Position numbers and translations under genes: made by a program | Source: Pseudotabrizicola sp. | GTDB taxonomy: Bacteria; Pseudomonadota; Alphaproteobacteria; Rhodobacterales; Rhodobacteraceae | Length of the DNA stretch: 64,000 nucleotides | Direction of reading: 5' to 3' | Assembly: GCF_030684215.1 (NCBI RefSeq) | Contig: NZ_JAUXOV010000073.1 | Location: forward strand, 94,396 to 158,395 | Notes under the pieces: model-generated | The model's input: only the letters and a program-made list of their open reading frames with translations | Databases searched by the model: none | What the model was told of the DNA's origin: nothing | Part shown: one piece after another, positions 21,319 through 29,948 of the stretch | How positions within the stretch are numbered: position 1 is the stretch's first letter | How the letters are laid out: every line of letters starts with the position of its first letter

Positions 21319-21352
21319 AAGAAAATCCCCGGCGGCAAGCGTGCCACCGGGG
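21319..21352 (-). terminator. Hairpin/terminator-like attenuator between aglE and aglF
   Basis: Minus-strand RNA CCCCGGUGGCA-CGCU-UGCCGCCGGGG (11 bp including one G-U pair) followed by AUUUUCUU. Begins 7 nt after the aglE stop. Confidence 0.6.
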
Positions 21353-21359
21353 GGAAGTC

Positions 21360-22712
21360 TTACTTCAGGCCATCCCAGGATTGCTGGATCGCATCGGCCA
21401 CGTCTTGCGCCGATTTGCCGCCTGCGTAATCAACCATACCGGTCCAGAACGCCCCGGCACCCACGCCACCCGGCATCAGGTCCGATCCGTCAAAGCGGAA
21501 GGTGTCGGCGCTCAGAAGGATTTCGCCCATGCCTTTCAGGGTTTCATCGCCGTAAAGATCGACGTTCACGCCCTTATGTGGTGTCAGGAAGCCCGATTGC
21601 GCCATCCACACCTCATGTGCGGCAGGCACTTTCAGCCAGTCAATGAACGCCCGTGCGGCCGGGCTGTCCTTGGTGATACCAAAGAGAGTGCCAGCACCCA
21701 GAACCGGCTTGCCGAGGTCTTTTCCAGCATAGGCCGGGAAGTAGAAGAAATCGGCGTCTACGCCCATTTCCGTGCCCTCAGGGAAGAAGGACGGGATGAA
21801 CGATGCCTGGCGGTGCATCATGCACTGTGGCGGTGACGAGAACAGACCCTTCGGGCTGTCGCGGAAGTCGGTAGTGGCAACGGCCCCACGACCCCCGGCC
21901 ACGCGGCCGTCTTCGATGAACCAGCCGAATTCTTCGATTGCGGCCACAACTTTCGGATCGTTGAATTTCAGGTCATTGCTGACCCAGGCATCATAATCCG
22001 CTGGGGTGTTCACGCGTAGCATCATGTCTTCGACCCAGTCGGTCGCTGGCCAACCGGTCGCGCCGCCCGACCCCAGACCCACGCACCATGGCGTCACGCC
22101 ATCGGCGACCATCTGCTCGGTCAGGGCCTTGAGGTCCTCCATGGTTTCGGGCACGGCGTAGCCCGCGTCATCAAAGTTCTCGGGCGAGAACCAGACCAGC
22201 GATTTCAGGTCGACCTTGTAGAAAAAGCCGAACAGCGCCGGGTTGCCATCGGGGCCGGGGAATGACGCAAGGTCAACCCAGGACTGGCCTGCGGCATAGT
22301 TCTCGCTCAACCATGCCGCATCGGCATCGGTCAACGCCGCCACTTGGCCAAGGCGCGCCAGATCAGCGGTCAGGCCGGGTTGCGGGAACACCGAGATGTT
22401 CGCGGCAGACCCTGCTTCGGCATCGATGCGCACCTGTGTCTCGAAGCTGTCAGAGCCGACGTATTTCACGTCAATGCCCGTTGCCGCCTCGAAATAGGCC
22501 AACATTGATACGACCAAGTCCTGGTCTGGGCCAAGCCATGGGCCTGCGATGGTCAGTTCTTGTCCGGCAAGGTCGCCATGCGCGGCTTTGAATTCTTCAA
22601 AGGACGCCCAGTTAAAGGCTCCCTCACCGATCGGAAACTTAAGGTCTTGCGCAAAAGCGCCACCCGCCGTCAAGGCCAGCGCGGCAACGCTGACAGTCAT
22701 TTTCAAATTCAT
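21360..22712 (-). CDS. aglE: Carbohydrate ABC transporter substrate-binding protein (alpha-glucoside)
   Basis: Start at MNLKMTVSVAALALTAGGAFAQ (signal peptide). Family-1 sugar-binding protein features. First gene of the cluster, divergent from the LacI regulator. Track ORF extends to 22799. Confidence 0.85.
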   Translation of the reverse strand: MNLKMTVSVAALALTAGGAFAQDLKFPIGEGAFNWASFEEFKAAHGDLAGQELTIAGPWLGPDQDLVVSMLAYFEAATGIDVKYVGSDSFETQVRIDAEAGSAANISVFPQPGLTADLARLGQVAALTDADAAWLSENYAAGQSWVDLASFPGPDGNPALFGFFYKVDLKSLVWFSPENFDDAGYAVPETMEDLKALTEQMVADGVTPWCVGLGSGGATGWPATDWVEDMMLRVNTPADYDAWVSNDLKFNDPKVVAAIEEFGWFIEDGRVAGGRGAVATTDFRDSPKGLFSSPPQCMMHRQASFIPSFFPEGTEMGVDADFFYFPAYAGKDLGKPVLGAGTLFGITKDSPAARAFIDWLKVPAAHEVWMAQSGFLTPHKGVNVDLYGDETLKGMGEILLSADTFRFDGSDLMPGGVGAGAFWTGMVDYAGGKSAQDVADAIQQSWDGLK

Positions 22713-22795
22713 ATGCAGTCCTCCCGGATGACCCCGCCCATCTTGGTGGGGCGCTGTGCCAACAGCGGCCCTCGGGCGACCTATAAGAATCGCCC

Positions 22796-22811
22796 TCAAA
22801 CCGCTTTGGAT
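22796..22811 (+). promoter_or_regulatory. Candidate LacI-type (AglR) operator, site 1: TCAAACCGCTTTGGAT
   Basis: One of three related sites (AAaCCGyTTTGG) in the aglE-aglR divergent region. AAAC-CG-TTT core typical of LacI-family operators. Confidence 0.35.
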
Positions 22812-22844
22812 GGCTCACCTTTGCCGATGACCCGCCACCTGTCA

Positions 22845-22858
22845 ATCCAAAGCGCCTT
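22845..22858 (-). promoter_or_regulatory. Candidate AglR operator, site 2 (reverse complement AAGGCGCTTTGGAT)
   Basis: Inverted relative to site 1, with 33 bp between them. 12 of 14 positions identical to site 1. Confidence 0.35.
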
Positions 22859-22968
22859 CAACCGGGGCAAATCGCCACTTTTGCAGGCGCAGCATTGACC
22901 TATAACGATTACGCGGATGTCGCTTTACCTTTGACCTCATGGCGCGGGCTGGCTAAGGTCGGCTCCGA

Positions 22969-22984
22969 TTGAAACCGTTTTGGG
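22969..22984 (+). promoter_or_regulatory. Candidate AglR operator, site 3: TTGAAACCGTTTTGGG
   Basis: 15-30 nt upstream of the aglR start, a position compatible with autoregulation. Confidence 0.35.
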
Positions 22985-22998
22985 CACATGCCGATACA

Positions 22999-24027
22999 AT
23001 GAACCTCAAGGAGCTTGCCTCGCGTCTGGGCCTGTCGCCCACAACCGTCAGCCGCGCGCTGAACGGCTACCCCGAGGTGAACGAAGCCACCCGCGAACGG
23101 GTCATGGCGGCTGCCAAGCGGCACAACTACCATCCCAATACCCGTGCGATTCGCTTGGCCACGGGGCGCGCCATGGCTATCGGGCATGTGATCCCAGTGG
23201 CCACACGGCATGAGATCGTGAACCCGGTATTTGCCGATTTCATCGCCGGTGCAGGCGAGACCTACAGTCGCAATGATTACGACATGGTGCTGTCCGTGGT
23301 TCCCGATGAACAGGAAGAAGCCGCCTATCGTGGCATGAAATCCAAGGGCAATGTCGATGGCGTCATTGTCCACGCGCCCAAAATGAACGACGCGCGCATT
23401 GGCCTTTTGCACGACATTGGCCTGCCCTTCGTGGTGCACGGTCGCGCGACGGGCACCACCCTGCCGTATAGCTGGCTTGATGTGAACAACCGCCGCGCCT
23501 TTCAGCGCGCGACCGAATTTTTGCTGGATCTGGGCCATACCCGCATAGCCCTGGTCAACGGGCTGGAGTTCATGGATTTCGCCATCCGCCGCCGCACTGG
23601 CTATATCGACGCATTGTCCACCCGCGGCATTGCGCCAGAGCCCGCGTTGATGTCATCGGATGAAATGACGGAAATAGCGGGCCACCGCACGGCACGCCGC
23701 ATGCTGGCGCTCTCCACCCCTCCCACAGCCTTTCTGGTCGCCTCGATGATTTCGGGCATGGGTGTGCGGCGCGCATTGGAAGAGCAAGGCTTGCAGATGG
23801 GGCGCGATATAAGTGTCATCATTCACGACGACGACCTGAGCTATATGAAAAACGGGGATGACGTCCCGATCTTTACCGCCACCCGGTCTTCGGTGCGTGA
23901 TGCCGGACGACTGGCAGCGGAAATGCTGCTCGACATGATCGCCAGTCCCGGCCCCGGCCCGCAGCAGCGCCTTCTGGAGGCAGAGCTGATCATGGGTCAG
24001 TCCACCGGTCCTTGTTTGAAGCCCTGA
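22999..24027 (+). CDS. aglR: LacI-family transcriptional regulator
   Basis: MNLKELASRLGLSPTTVSRALNG HTH, then a periplasmic-binding-protein-like sugar-sensing domain. Divergent from aglE. Confidence 0.88.
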   Translation: MNLKELASRLGLSPTTVSRALNGYPEVNEATRERVMAAAKRHNYHPNTRAIRLATGRAMAIGHVIPVATRHEIVNPVFADFIAGAGETYSRNDYDMVLSVVPDEQEEAAYRGMKSKGNVDGVIVHAPKMNDARIGLLHDIGLPFVVHGRATGTTLPYSWLDVNNRRAFQRATEFLLDLGHTRIALVNGLEFMDFAIRRRTGYIDALSTRGIAPEPALMSSDEMTEIAGHRTARRMLALSTPPTAFLVASMISGMGVRRALEEQGLQMGRDISVIIHDDDLSYMKNGDDVPIFTATRSSVRDAGRLAAEMLLDMIASPGPGPQQRLLEAELIMGQSTGPCLKP

Positions 24028-24056
24028 TCCCAAGACCAGAAACGAAAGCCCTTTCC

Positions 24057-25412
24057 ATGTCCTTGACGCCTCCTCTGTCGCGTTTCGACTTTCCGCCCGG
24101 ATTCCTGTTCGGTGCCGCCACCGCCGCCTATCAGATAGAGGGCGCGGGTTTTGGTGGTTGTGGCCCCTGCCATTGGGATACCTTTGCCGCCACCCCTGGC
24201 AATGTGGTGCGCTGCGAAGATGGTGCGCGGGCCTGCGACCATTATCACCAATGGCCCGCCGACCTTGATCTGCTGGCTGCCGCCAACATGGACGCCTACC
24301 GTTTTTCCACCTCGTGGGCGCGGGTGATGCCTGATGGCGTCACGGTGAACCCCGAGGGCATGGATTTCTACGACCGTCTGGTCGATGGCATGCTCGCGCG
24401 CGGTCTGCGCCCGTTTCAGACGCTGTATCATTGGGAAATGCCCTCGGCGCTTGCTGACAAAGGCGGCTGGACCAACCGCGATACTGCCGCGCGCTTTGCC
24501 GATTTTGCGCAAAAGATCACCGAACGCCTTGGCGACCGCGTGGCCAGCATAGCGACAATCAACGAGCCATGGTGTGTCGCATGGCTGTCGCATTTCATCG
24601 GCGCCCACGCGCCCGGCCTGCGCGATATTCGCGCCACCGCTCGCGCCATGCACCACATCCTGCTGGCGCACGGCATGGCGGTAGAGCGTCTGCGCGATGC
24701 GGGTCAAAAAAACCTTGGCATCGTCCTGAACTTTGACTACGCCCAACCCGCCACCGACAGCGCCGCAGACAAGCAGGCCGCCGCCCGATGGGACGGTATC
24801 TTCAACCGCTGGTACATCGAGGGCATCACCAAACAAACCTATCCCGACACTGTAATGGAGGGGCTGGCCCCTCATATGCCGGAAGGCTGGCAGGATGACA
24901 TGCCCCTGATCGGGCAAGAGCTCGACTGGCTTGGCGTAAATTACTACACCCGGCACCTGCACGCCCATGATCCCGCCGCCGCTTGGCCACATCTGCGCGA
25001 CGTGCCCGGCCCCCTGCCGAAAACCCAGATGGGCTGGGAGATCTACCCCGACGGTCTGCAACATTTCCTGACCCGGATGGCGCGCGACTATGTCGGCGAT
25101 CTGCCGATCTATGTGACCGAAAACGGCATGGCAAATGCGGACCAGATCACCGGCACCACTGTCACCGATCAGGTCCGTGAAGATTTCCTGTTTGCCCATC
25201 TCGCCGCCACCAAACGCGCGATTGCAGACGGGGCCAATGTGCAGGGCTTTTTCTATTGGTCGCTCCTCGACAACTACGAATGGGCCGAGGGGTATGAAAA
25301 ACGCTTTGGCCTCGTGCATGTCGATTTCGAGAGCTTGCAGCGCACGCCCAAATCCTCGTATCACGCATTGGCACGGGCTCTGGCCCGCAACGACCAAGGA
25401 CACCTGCGATGA
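24057..25412 (+). CDS. Beta-glucosidase, GH1
   Basis: FLFGAATAAYQIEGA, acid/base TINEPW, nucleophile YVTENGMA, WSLLDNYEWAEGY. Start at MSLTPPLSRFDFP (24057). Confidence 0.93.
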   Translation: MSLTPPLSRFDFPPGFLFGAATAAYQIEGAGFGGCGPCHWDTFAATPGNVVRCEDGARACDHYHQWPADLDLLAAANMDAYRFSTSWARVMPDGVTVNPEGMDFYDRLVDGMLARGLRPFQTLYHWEMPSALADKGGWTNRDTAARFADFAQKITERLGDRVASIATINEPWCVAWLSHFIGAHAPGLRDIRATARAMHHILLAHGMAVERLRDAGQKNLGIVLNFDYAQPATDSAADKQAAARWDGIFNRWYIEGITKQTYPDTVMEGLAPHMPEGWQDDMPLIGQELDWLGVNYYTRHLHAHDPAAAWPHLRDVPGPLPKTQMGWEIYPDGLQHFLTRMARDYVGDLPIYVTENGMANADQITGTTVTDQVREDFLFAHLAATKRAIADGANVQGFFYWSLLDNYEWAEGYEKRFGLVHVDFESLQRTPKSSYHALARALARNDQGHLR

Positions 25413-26383
25413 CCCTGTCCATCCTTGCCGATATCGGTGGCACCAATACCCGCGTGGCACTGGCTGAAGGTATGCATGTCATAGAGGCCAGCGTGGCCCG
25501 CTTTGCTAATGCCGAGTACAAAGCACGCGGTCAGGATATCGCGGCGATCCTTGCAGATTACTTGCTCACCAGCGGCCAGACTGTGTCGGGTGTCTGCGTC
25601 GCGGCGGCTGGCCCGGTGCAGGATGGCGTGGCCACCATGACCAACCTCGATTGGGTGATCGACGCGGACAAGCTGCGCGCAGCGACGGGCGCTGTCCATG
25701 TGGCGATCCTCAACGATCTGCAAGCCCAGGGTCAGGCCCTTGGCCATATTGCGCCCTCCAAACTGCGCAAGGTGATTGACGGCCCGCACGCCCCCGGCGC
25801 GATGCTGGTGGTGGGCCTGGGCACCGGTGTGAACGCAGCCCCGGTGCATGGGGCGGGGGCCTCACGCGTGGTGCCGCCCTCGGAATGTGGCCATGTCAAC
25901 ATGCCGGTCCGGTCTGAAGAAGACCTCTCCCTGATGCGCTTTGTCGAAACCCTGTTGGCAGGGCGCGGCGAGGTCGCGCATTGCGGCGTCGAAGAGGTGC
26001 TGTCGGGCCGCGGCCTGATCAACCTGCATGCCTTTGCCGCCGAGCAAATCGGCGACTCCGCCGCGACCACGTCGGCGCAGGTCTTCACCGATCTGGAAAA
26101 GGGCCACCCGGCTGCCATTCACGCAGCCACACTCTACACCCGCATCCTAGCGCAAACCCTTGCCGATCTGGCGCTGATCCACCTGCCTTATGGCGGCATC
26201 TACCTGATTGGCGGGATGGCCCGCGCCATGACCCCGCATTTCGCAAGACTGGGCCTGACCGACCATTTCCGCGAAACCCGCCGTGTGGACCTATTGGAAA
26301 AAGACTTCTCGGTCACCGTGGTCGAAGATGATTTCGCCGCTCTCACCGGCTGCGCCGCCTACCTCGCGGCGCAAACGGCCTGA
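25409..26383 (+). CDS. glk: Glucokinase
   Basis: MTLSILADIGGTNTRVAL ATP-binding motif. ATGA overlap with the beta-glucosidase stop. Length and C-terminal pattern fit the Glk family. Confidence 0.85.
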   Translation: MTLSILADIGGTNTRVALAEGMHVIEASVARFANAEYKARGQDIAAILADYLLTSGQTVSGVCVAAAGPVQDGVATMTNLDWVIDADKLRAATGAVHVAILNDLQAQGQALGHIAPSKLRKVIDGPHAPGAMLVVGLGTGVNAAPVHGAGASRVVPPSECGHVNMPVRSEEDLSLMRFVETLLAGRGEVAHCGVEEVLSGRGLINLHAFAAEQIGDSAATTSAQVFTDLEKGHPAAIHAATLYTRILAQTLADLALIHLPYGGIYLIGGMARAMTPHFARLGLTDHFRETRRVDLLEKDFSVTVVEDDFAALTGCAAYLAAQTA

Positions 26384-26399
26384 AACCTGCCGCTTTCAT

Positions 26400-26473
26400 C
26401 TTGCAAAGATATTCACGGGGGTGGGGCGCCACAAGCGACCAAAGGGGGCTGACATCCCCCTTCTATCTTCGCA
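26400..26473. repeat. Intergenic repeat, subtype 3: inverted pair TTGCAAAGATATTCACGGGGG / CCCCCTTCTATCTTCGCAA enclosing a second hairpin
   Basis: Arms at 26400-26420 and 26455-26473. Inner hairpin AAGGGGG-CTGACAT-CCCCCTT at 26441-26461. Sits in the convergent glk/esterase junction. Confidence 0.7.
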
Positions 26474-26503
26474 AATAAACAATGCGGCCCCACTTGGGGG
26501 CCG
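26470..26503 (-). terminator. Intrinsic terminator after the carboxylesterase gene
   Basis: Minus-strand RNA GCGGCCCC-CAAGU-GGGGCCGC followed by AUUGUUUAUUUG. Confidence 0.6.
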
Positions 26504-26527
26504 CTCAACAAGATCAGGTTGGCCAGA

Positions 26528-27187
26528 TCAGGTTGGCAGACGTTCGCGCAAGAACTGCAAGGCCACGCCCAATCCGTCCGGCGCAATGCCATGCCCGGTG
26601 CCCTGCATCACATGGCCAAACACCTCAAACCCGGCCCCTATCAGCGCGTTTCCGGCCAATGACATATCGGCAAAGGGCACAACCGGGTCTTCGTCGCCAT
26701 GGATCAGCAGCACCGGTGGCTTCACAACCGCCTCGGACCCCAGCAGATCCGGCACCAGCAACCGGCCCGAAATCGCCACAACCCCGGCAACGGGACGCGT
26801 CCGGCGCGGGGCAATATGCAGGCTCATCATCGCGCCTTGGGAAAAGCCAACCAAGGCCAGCGCCTCTGGTCCCACGCCCTCATCCGCCATGATCGCATCC
26901 AGATAGCCGTTCAGATCTTCGGCCGCGCGCAATAGCCCCGCGCGGCTGTCCGCCTCGCTTGATCCGTCCAGCCAGGGAATCGAAAACCACTGCCGCCCGA
27001 ACGGGTTCCCGCTGCAAGGCTCTGGCGCATCGGGCGCGTAAAACGCCGTATCCGGCAAATGCGGCGCCAGCGGATCGGCCAGCCCCAACAGGTCCGCCCC
27101 ATCGGCCCCATAGCCATGCACAAACACCACCACGCTTTTCGCGCGGCCCTGTGCCACCCCTTGCCGTGCCGATTGCAATGTCCGCAT
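26528..27187 (-). CDS. Alpha/beta hydrolase, phospholipase/carboxylesterase family
   Basis: Start at MRTLQSARQG.. (27187). VVFVHGYGADGADL, nucleophile elbow GFSQGAMM, LLIHGDEDPVVP, GTGHGI. Track ORF extends to 27415. Confidence 0.8.
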   Translation of the reverse strand: MRTLQSARQGVAQGRAKSVVVFVHGYGADGADLLGLADPLAPHLPDTAFYAPDAPEPCSGNPFGRQWFSIPWLDGSSEADSRAGLLRAAEDLNGYLDAIMADEGVGPEALALVGFSQGAMMSLHIAPRRTRPVAGVVAISGRLLVPDLLGSEAVVKPPVLLIHGDEDPVVPFADMSLAGNALIGAGFEVFGHVMQGTGHGIAPDGLGVALQFLRERLPT

Positions 27188-27816
27188 CACCGTATTCCTT
27201 CGCGCTCTTTTGCGACCCGGTAATAGGCCCAAAGCACCCGTGCCGCAACCGACCGCCACGGCATCCACGTCTGCGCCATCACGCGAAGGGCTTTTTCCGT
27301 GGGCCGCGCCTCCAGCCCATACAACAACCGCGCCGCCTCTTGCAGCGCCAGATCGCCGGGCGCGAACACATCCGCACGTCCCAGAGCAAACATTGCATAG
27401 ATCTCGGCCGTCCATGCCCCGATGCCCGGCACCGCAACCAGTGTGGCGATGACCTGAGCATCCGGCTGCGCGCGAAGCGCGTCAAAATCGATCCCCGCCC
27501 GCGCGAGCGCCTGACCATAGCGCGCCTTTTGCCGCGACAGCCCAACCGCCCGCAACGTCTCATCACTGGCCACAGCCATGGCATCGGCCCCGGTCAGCCC
27601 TGCCGCCTCAAGCCGCGACCAGATCGCGCGGGCCGAGGCGACAGAAACCTGCTGCGACACAATCGCTGACAGCAGGGCCGCAAACCCGTCCGCCTGCCGC
27701 CGCAGCGGCAAGGGACCGCACAGCGCGACGGCCTCTGCCATCCGCGCATCGCGTGACGCCAGCCACTCAGCCCCCTCGCTGACGCACATGTCTGTCTGAA
27801 TGATCCGTCCCACCAT
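27187..27816 (-). CDS. DNA-3-methyladenine glycosylase II family (HhH-GPD, AlkA-like)
   Basis: Start at MVGRIIQTD (27816). Helix-hairpin-helix VPGIGAWTAEIYAMFALGR and catalytic-Asp context FAPGDLAL. Its stop overlaps the downstream start by 1 nt (ATGA). Confidence 0.82.
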   Translation of the reverse strand: MVGRIIQTDMCVSEGAEWLASRDARMAEAVALCGPLPLRRQADGFAALLSAIVSQQVSVASARAIWSRLEAAGLTGADAMAVASDETLRAVGLSRQKARYGQALARAGIDFDALRAQPDAQVIATLVAVPGIGAWTAEIYAMFALGRADVFAPGDLALQEAARLLYGLEARPTEKALRVMAQTWMPWRSVAARVLWAYYRVAKEREGIR

Positions 27817-27915
27817 GCCGCCACCCTGCCCCGGCCTGCCCACACTCGCAACCCGAAGCTTGCGCCAAAACGCCTCTTGCCGACGCCTGCCAAACCCCCT
27901 ACCGCTAGGGCCATC

Positions 27916-29121
27916 ATGACCACAGACGCACTTGCCAAACGCAATGTCTTTGTCCTTGTCGCGGCGCAGGCCGTGCTGGGCGCACAGATGCCGATGATCT
28001 TCACCATCGCAGGATTGGCGGGCCAAAGCCTTGCGCCCAATGCCTGTTGGGCCACGTTGCCGATCTCGCTCACCGTGATCGGCTCGATGCTGACTGCCAC
28101 CCCGATCTCGGCCTTCATGCAGCGCTATGGCCGCCGTGCGGGCTTTGTCGCGGGCGCCATCGGTGGGGCGATCGGGGCCGCGATCGGGGCGTATGGGCTG
28201 ATGACCGGCAGTTTCCTTTTGTTCTGCATCGGTGGCCTTTTCACCGGCATTTATATGAGCGCGCAAGGCTTTTACCGCTTTGCCGCCGCCGACACCGCAT
28301 CAGATGCTTTCCGGCCCAAGGCAATCTCGTGGGTGATGGCCGGGGGGCTGCTTTCTGCGGTGCTTGGCCCGCAACTGGTCAAGGCCACTGCCGAGGTGAT
28401 GGTGGTGCCCTTCCTCGCGACCTATCTGGCGGTGATCGGGCTTAATCTTGTGGGGATGTTCCTGTTTCTTGGCCTGTCGATCCCAAAACCCAAACCCCCT
28501 GCTGTCGGCGCGCCCGTCGGGCGCACGCGGGGCGAGTTGATGCGCAACCCGACCATAGCGGTTGCGATGATCTGCGCCACCGTTTCCTATGCGCTGATGA
28601 ACCTTGTGATGACCTCGTCGCCGCTGGCCGTTGTGGGGTGTGGGTTTGAAACCAACGACGCCGCCGATGTGGTGACCGCCCATGTGCTGGCAATGTATGC
28701 CCCCAGCTTCATCACCGGCCATATCATCGCACGCTTCGGGGTAGAGCGGGTGATCGCCCTTGGTCTGATCATCCTTGCAGGATCAGGCGCTGTGGCGATG
28801 GCCGGAGTAGAGCTGGAGAACTTCTTCATCGCCCTGATCCTGTTGGGGGTTGGTTGGAACTTTGGCTTCATCGGTGCCACCACCATGCTGACCTCTGCCC
28901 AACGGCCCGAAGAGCGCGGGCGACTGCAAGGGTTGAACGATCTGATCATCTTTGGCGGGGTGTCTGTCGCCAGCTTCTCATCAGGCGGATTGATGAATTG
29001 CTCGGGCGGCTCGGTCGAGGCCGGTTGGCAGCTGGTCAATATGGCAATGTTGCCGTTTCTGGTGGCGGCAGGCGGTGCGTTGATCTGGCTGTGGATGCGC
29101 CCGCGCGAGATGCGGGGCTGA
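27916..29121 (+). CDS. MFS transporter
   Basis: Start at MTTDALAKRNVFVLVAAQAVLG. 12 predicted hydrophobic helices. Motif MQRYGRRAGF between TM2 and TM3. Confidence 0.75.
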   Translation: MTTDALAKRNVFVLVAAQAVLGAQMPMIFTIAGLAGQSLAPNACWATLPISLTVIGSMLTATPISAFMQRYGRRAGFVAGAIGGAIGAAIGAYGLMTGSFLLFCIGGLFTGIYMSAQGFYRFAAADTASDAFRPKAISWVMAGGLLSAVLGPQLVKATAEVMVVPFLATYLAVIGLNLVGMFLFLGLSIPKPKPPAVGAPVGRTRGELMRNPTIAVAMICATVSYALMNLVMTSSPLAVVGCGFETNDAADVVTAHVLAMYAPSFITGHIIARFGVERVIALGLIILAGSGAVAMAGVELENFFIALILLGVGWNFGFIGATTMLTSAQRPEERGRLQGLNDLIIFGGVSVASFSSGGLMNCSGGSVEAGWQLVNMAMLPFLVAAGGALIWLWMRPREMRG

Positions 29122-29144
29122 CAGCGCTCGTGGCCGGGTTGGGG

Positions 29145-29177
29145 AGCCTCCGGCGGGAGTATTGGGAAAGCAGCAAT
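29145..29177 (+). repeat. Intergenic repeat, subtype 1, single unit AGCCTCCGGCGGGAGTATTGGGAAAGCAGCAAT
   Basis: Direct match to the units at 54041-54077 and 732-751. Lies in a convergent junction (MFS / SQS_PSY-like gene). Confidence 0.8.
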
Positions 29178-29186
29178 GCGCAGGTG

Positions 29187-29948
29187 TCAGAACAGACCGG
29201 TAGTGGCTTGCCAGAGCAGGCGGCCGCGCCGCGCAAAATCTGACAAGATCAGCTGGCCTTCGGCCACTGCCGCCGGGTCACGCGCGGCTTGCTTCAAAAG
29301 GCCCTCGGCCTGCCAGCCCGGCAGCAGCGCCGGGCGCAGCGCGCGGGGAACACCCGCATGACGCGCCGCATTCAGCCGGATCAGGCCACGCAGCGCCAGT
29401 TGCGCCACGGCTTCCGGGCGACCGTCGAGCAGGGGAATGCGTCCGCGCGCCGCAAGGTCCGGGATCGCACGCAGGTAGGCCGCAAGCCCCGCCGCCCAGC
29501 CATAGGCGCGCACCGCCGCTTCGGCCCCTGGCCCGGCACCCAAGGCACGGGCCGACGACCACATCAGCCCCGCAGCAGTATCCTCCAGATAAGCGTCCAT
29601 CGCCGCCTGATCCTCAAACGGATCGCGGTAGATATCCCAGCGCCGTGCCTCGATCATCCGGTCCAGCACATCGCGCGGCAAAGAGGCCTCAACGATCAGG
29701 GCATGCAGCGGGGCCGCCACCTCATGCGCACGGGGGGTGGTGGGCTCTGCCACCACATCACGCCACCATTGCAGCCGCATTTCGGCAATCATCGGCTCTT
29801 TGCTTACCCATGGCGCGCGCGCCACCTCAAGGTTCAGCGCATAAAGCGGCAACAGCCGCGCCCGCGCGGCCACAGGGGCGGCCAGCAAAGCGGCAAAGCG
29901 ATCAGGGTCACCGCGTTGCACAAGGGCTGCGCAAGCATCAAGGCTCAT
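29187..29948 (-). CDS. Squalene/phytoene synthase-family protein, NDUFAF6-like (apparently lacking Asp-rich catalytic boxes)
   Basis: Start at MSLDACAALVQRGDPDRF. LPLYALNLEVARAP..MIAEMRLQWWRDVV and ..YLRAIPDLAARGRIPLL align by eye with the SQS_PSY fold, but the DDxxD/DxxxD positions are not Asp-rich. Confidence 0.7.
   Translation of the reverse strand: MSLDACAALVQRGDPDRFAALLAAPVAARARLLPLYALNLEVARAPWVSKEPMIAEMRLQWWRDVVAEPTTPRAHEVAAPLHALIVEASLPRDVLDRMIEARRWDIYRDPFEDQAAMDAYLEDTAAGLMWSSARALGAGPGAEAAVRAYGWAAGLAAYLRAIPDLAARGRIPLLDGRPEAVAQLALRGLIRLNAARHAGVPRALRPALLPGWQAEGLLKQAARDPAAVAEGQLILSDFARRGRLLWQATTGLF

Noticed and set aside
23997-25460. 487-aa ORF antisense to the GH1 beta-glucosidase gene. 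Similar long antisense ORFs occur at 6926-8143, 14173-15708, 19875-21230, 31135-32118, 48577-49725, 56262-57557 and 57764-59323.
   Set aside because: Their translations are Arg/Gly/Pro/His-rich low-complexity strings with no recognisable motifs. Each lies exactly opposite a gene with clear family signatures. Long stop-free antisense frames are expected in DNA of this GC content.
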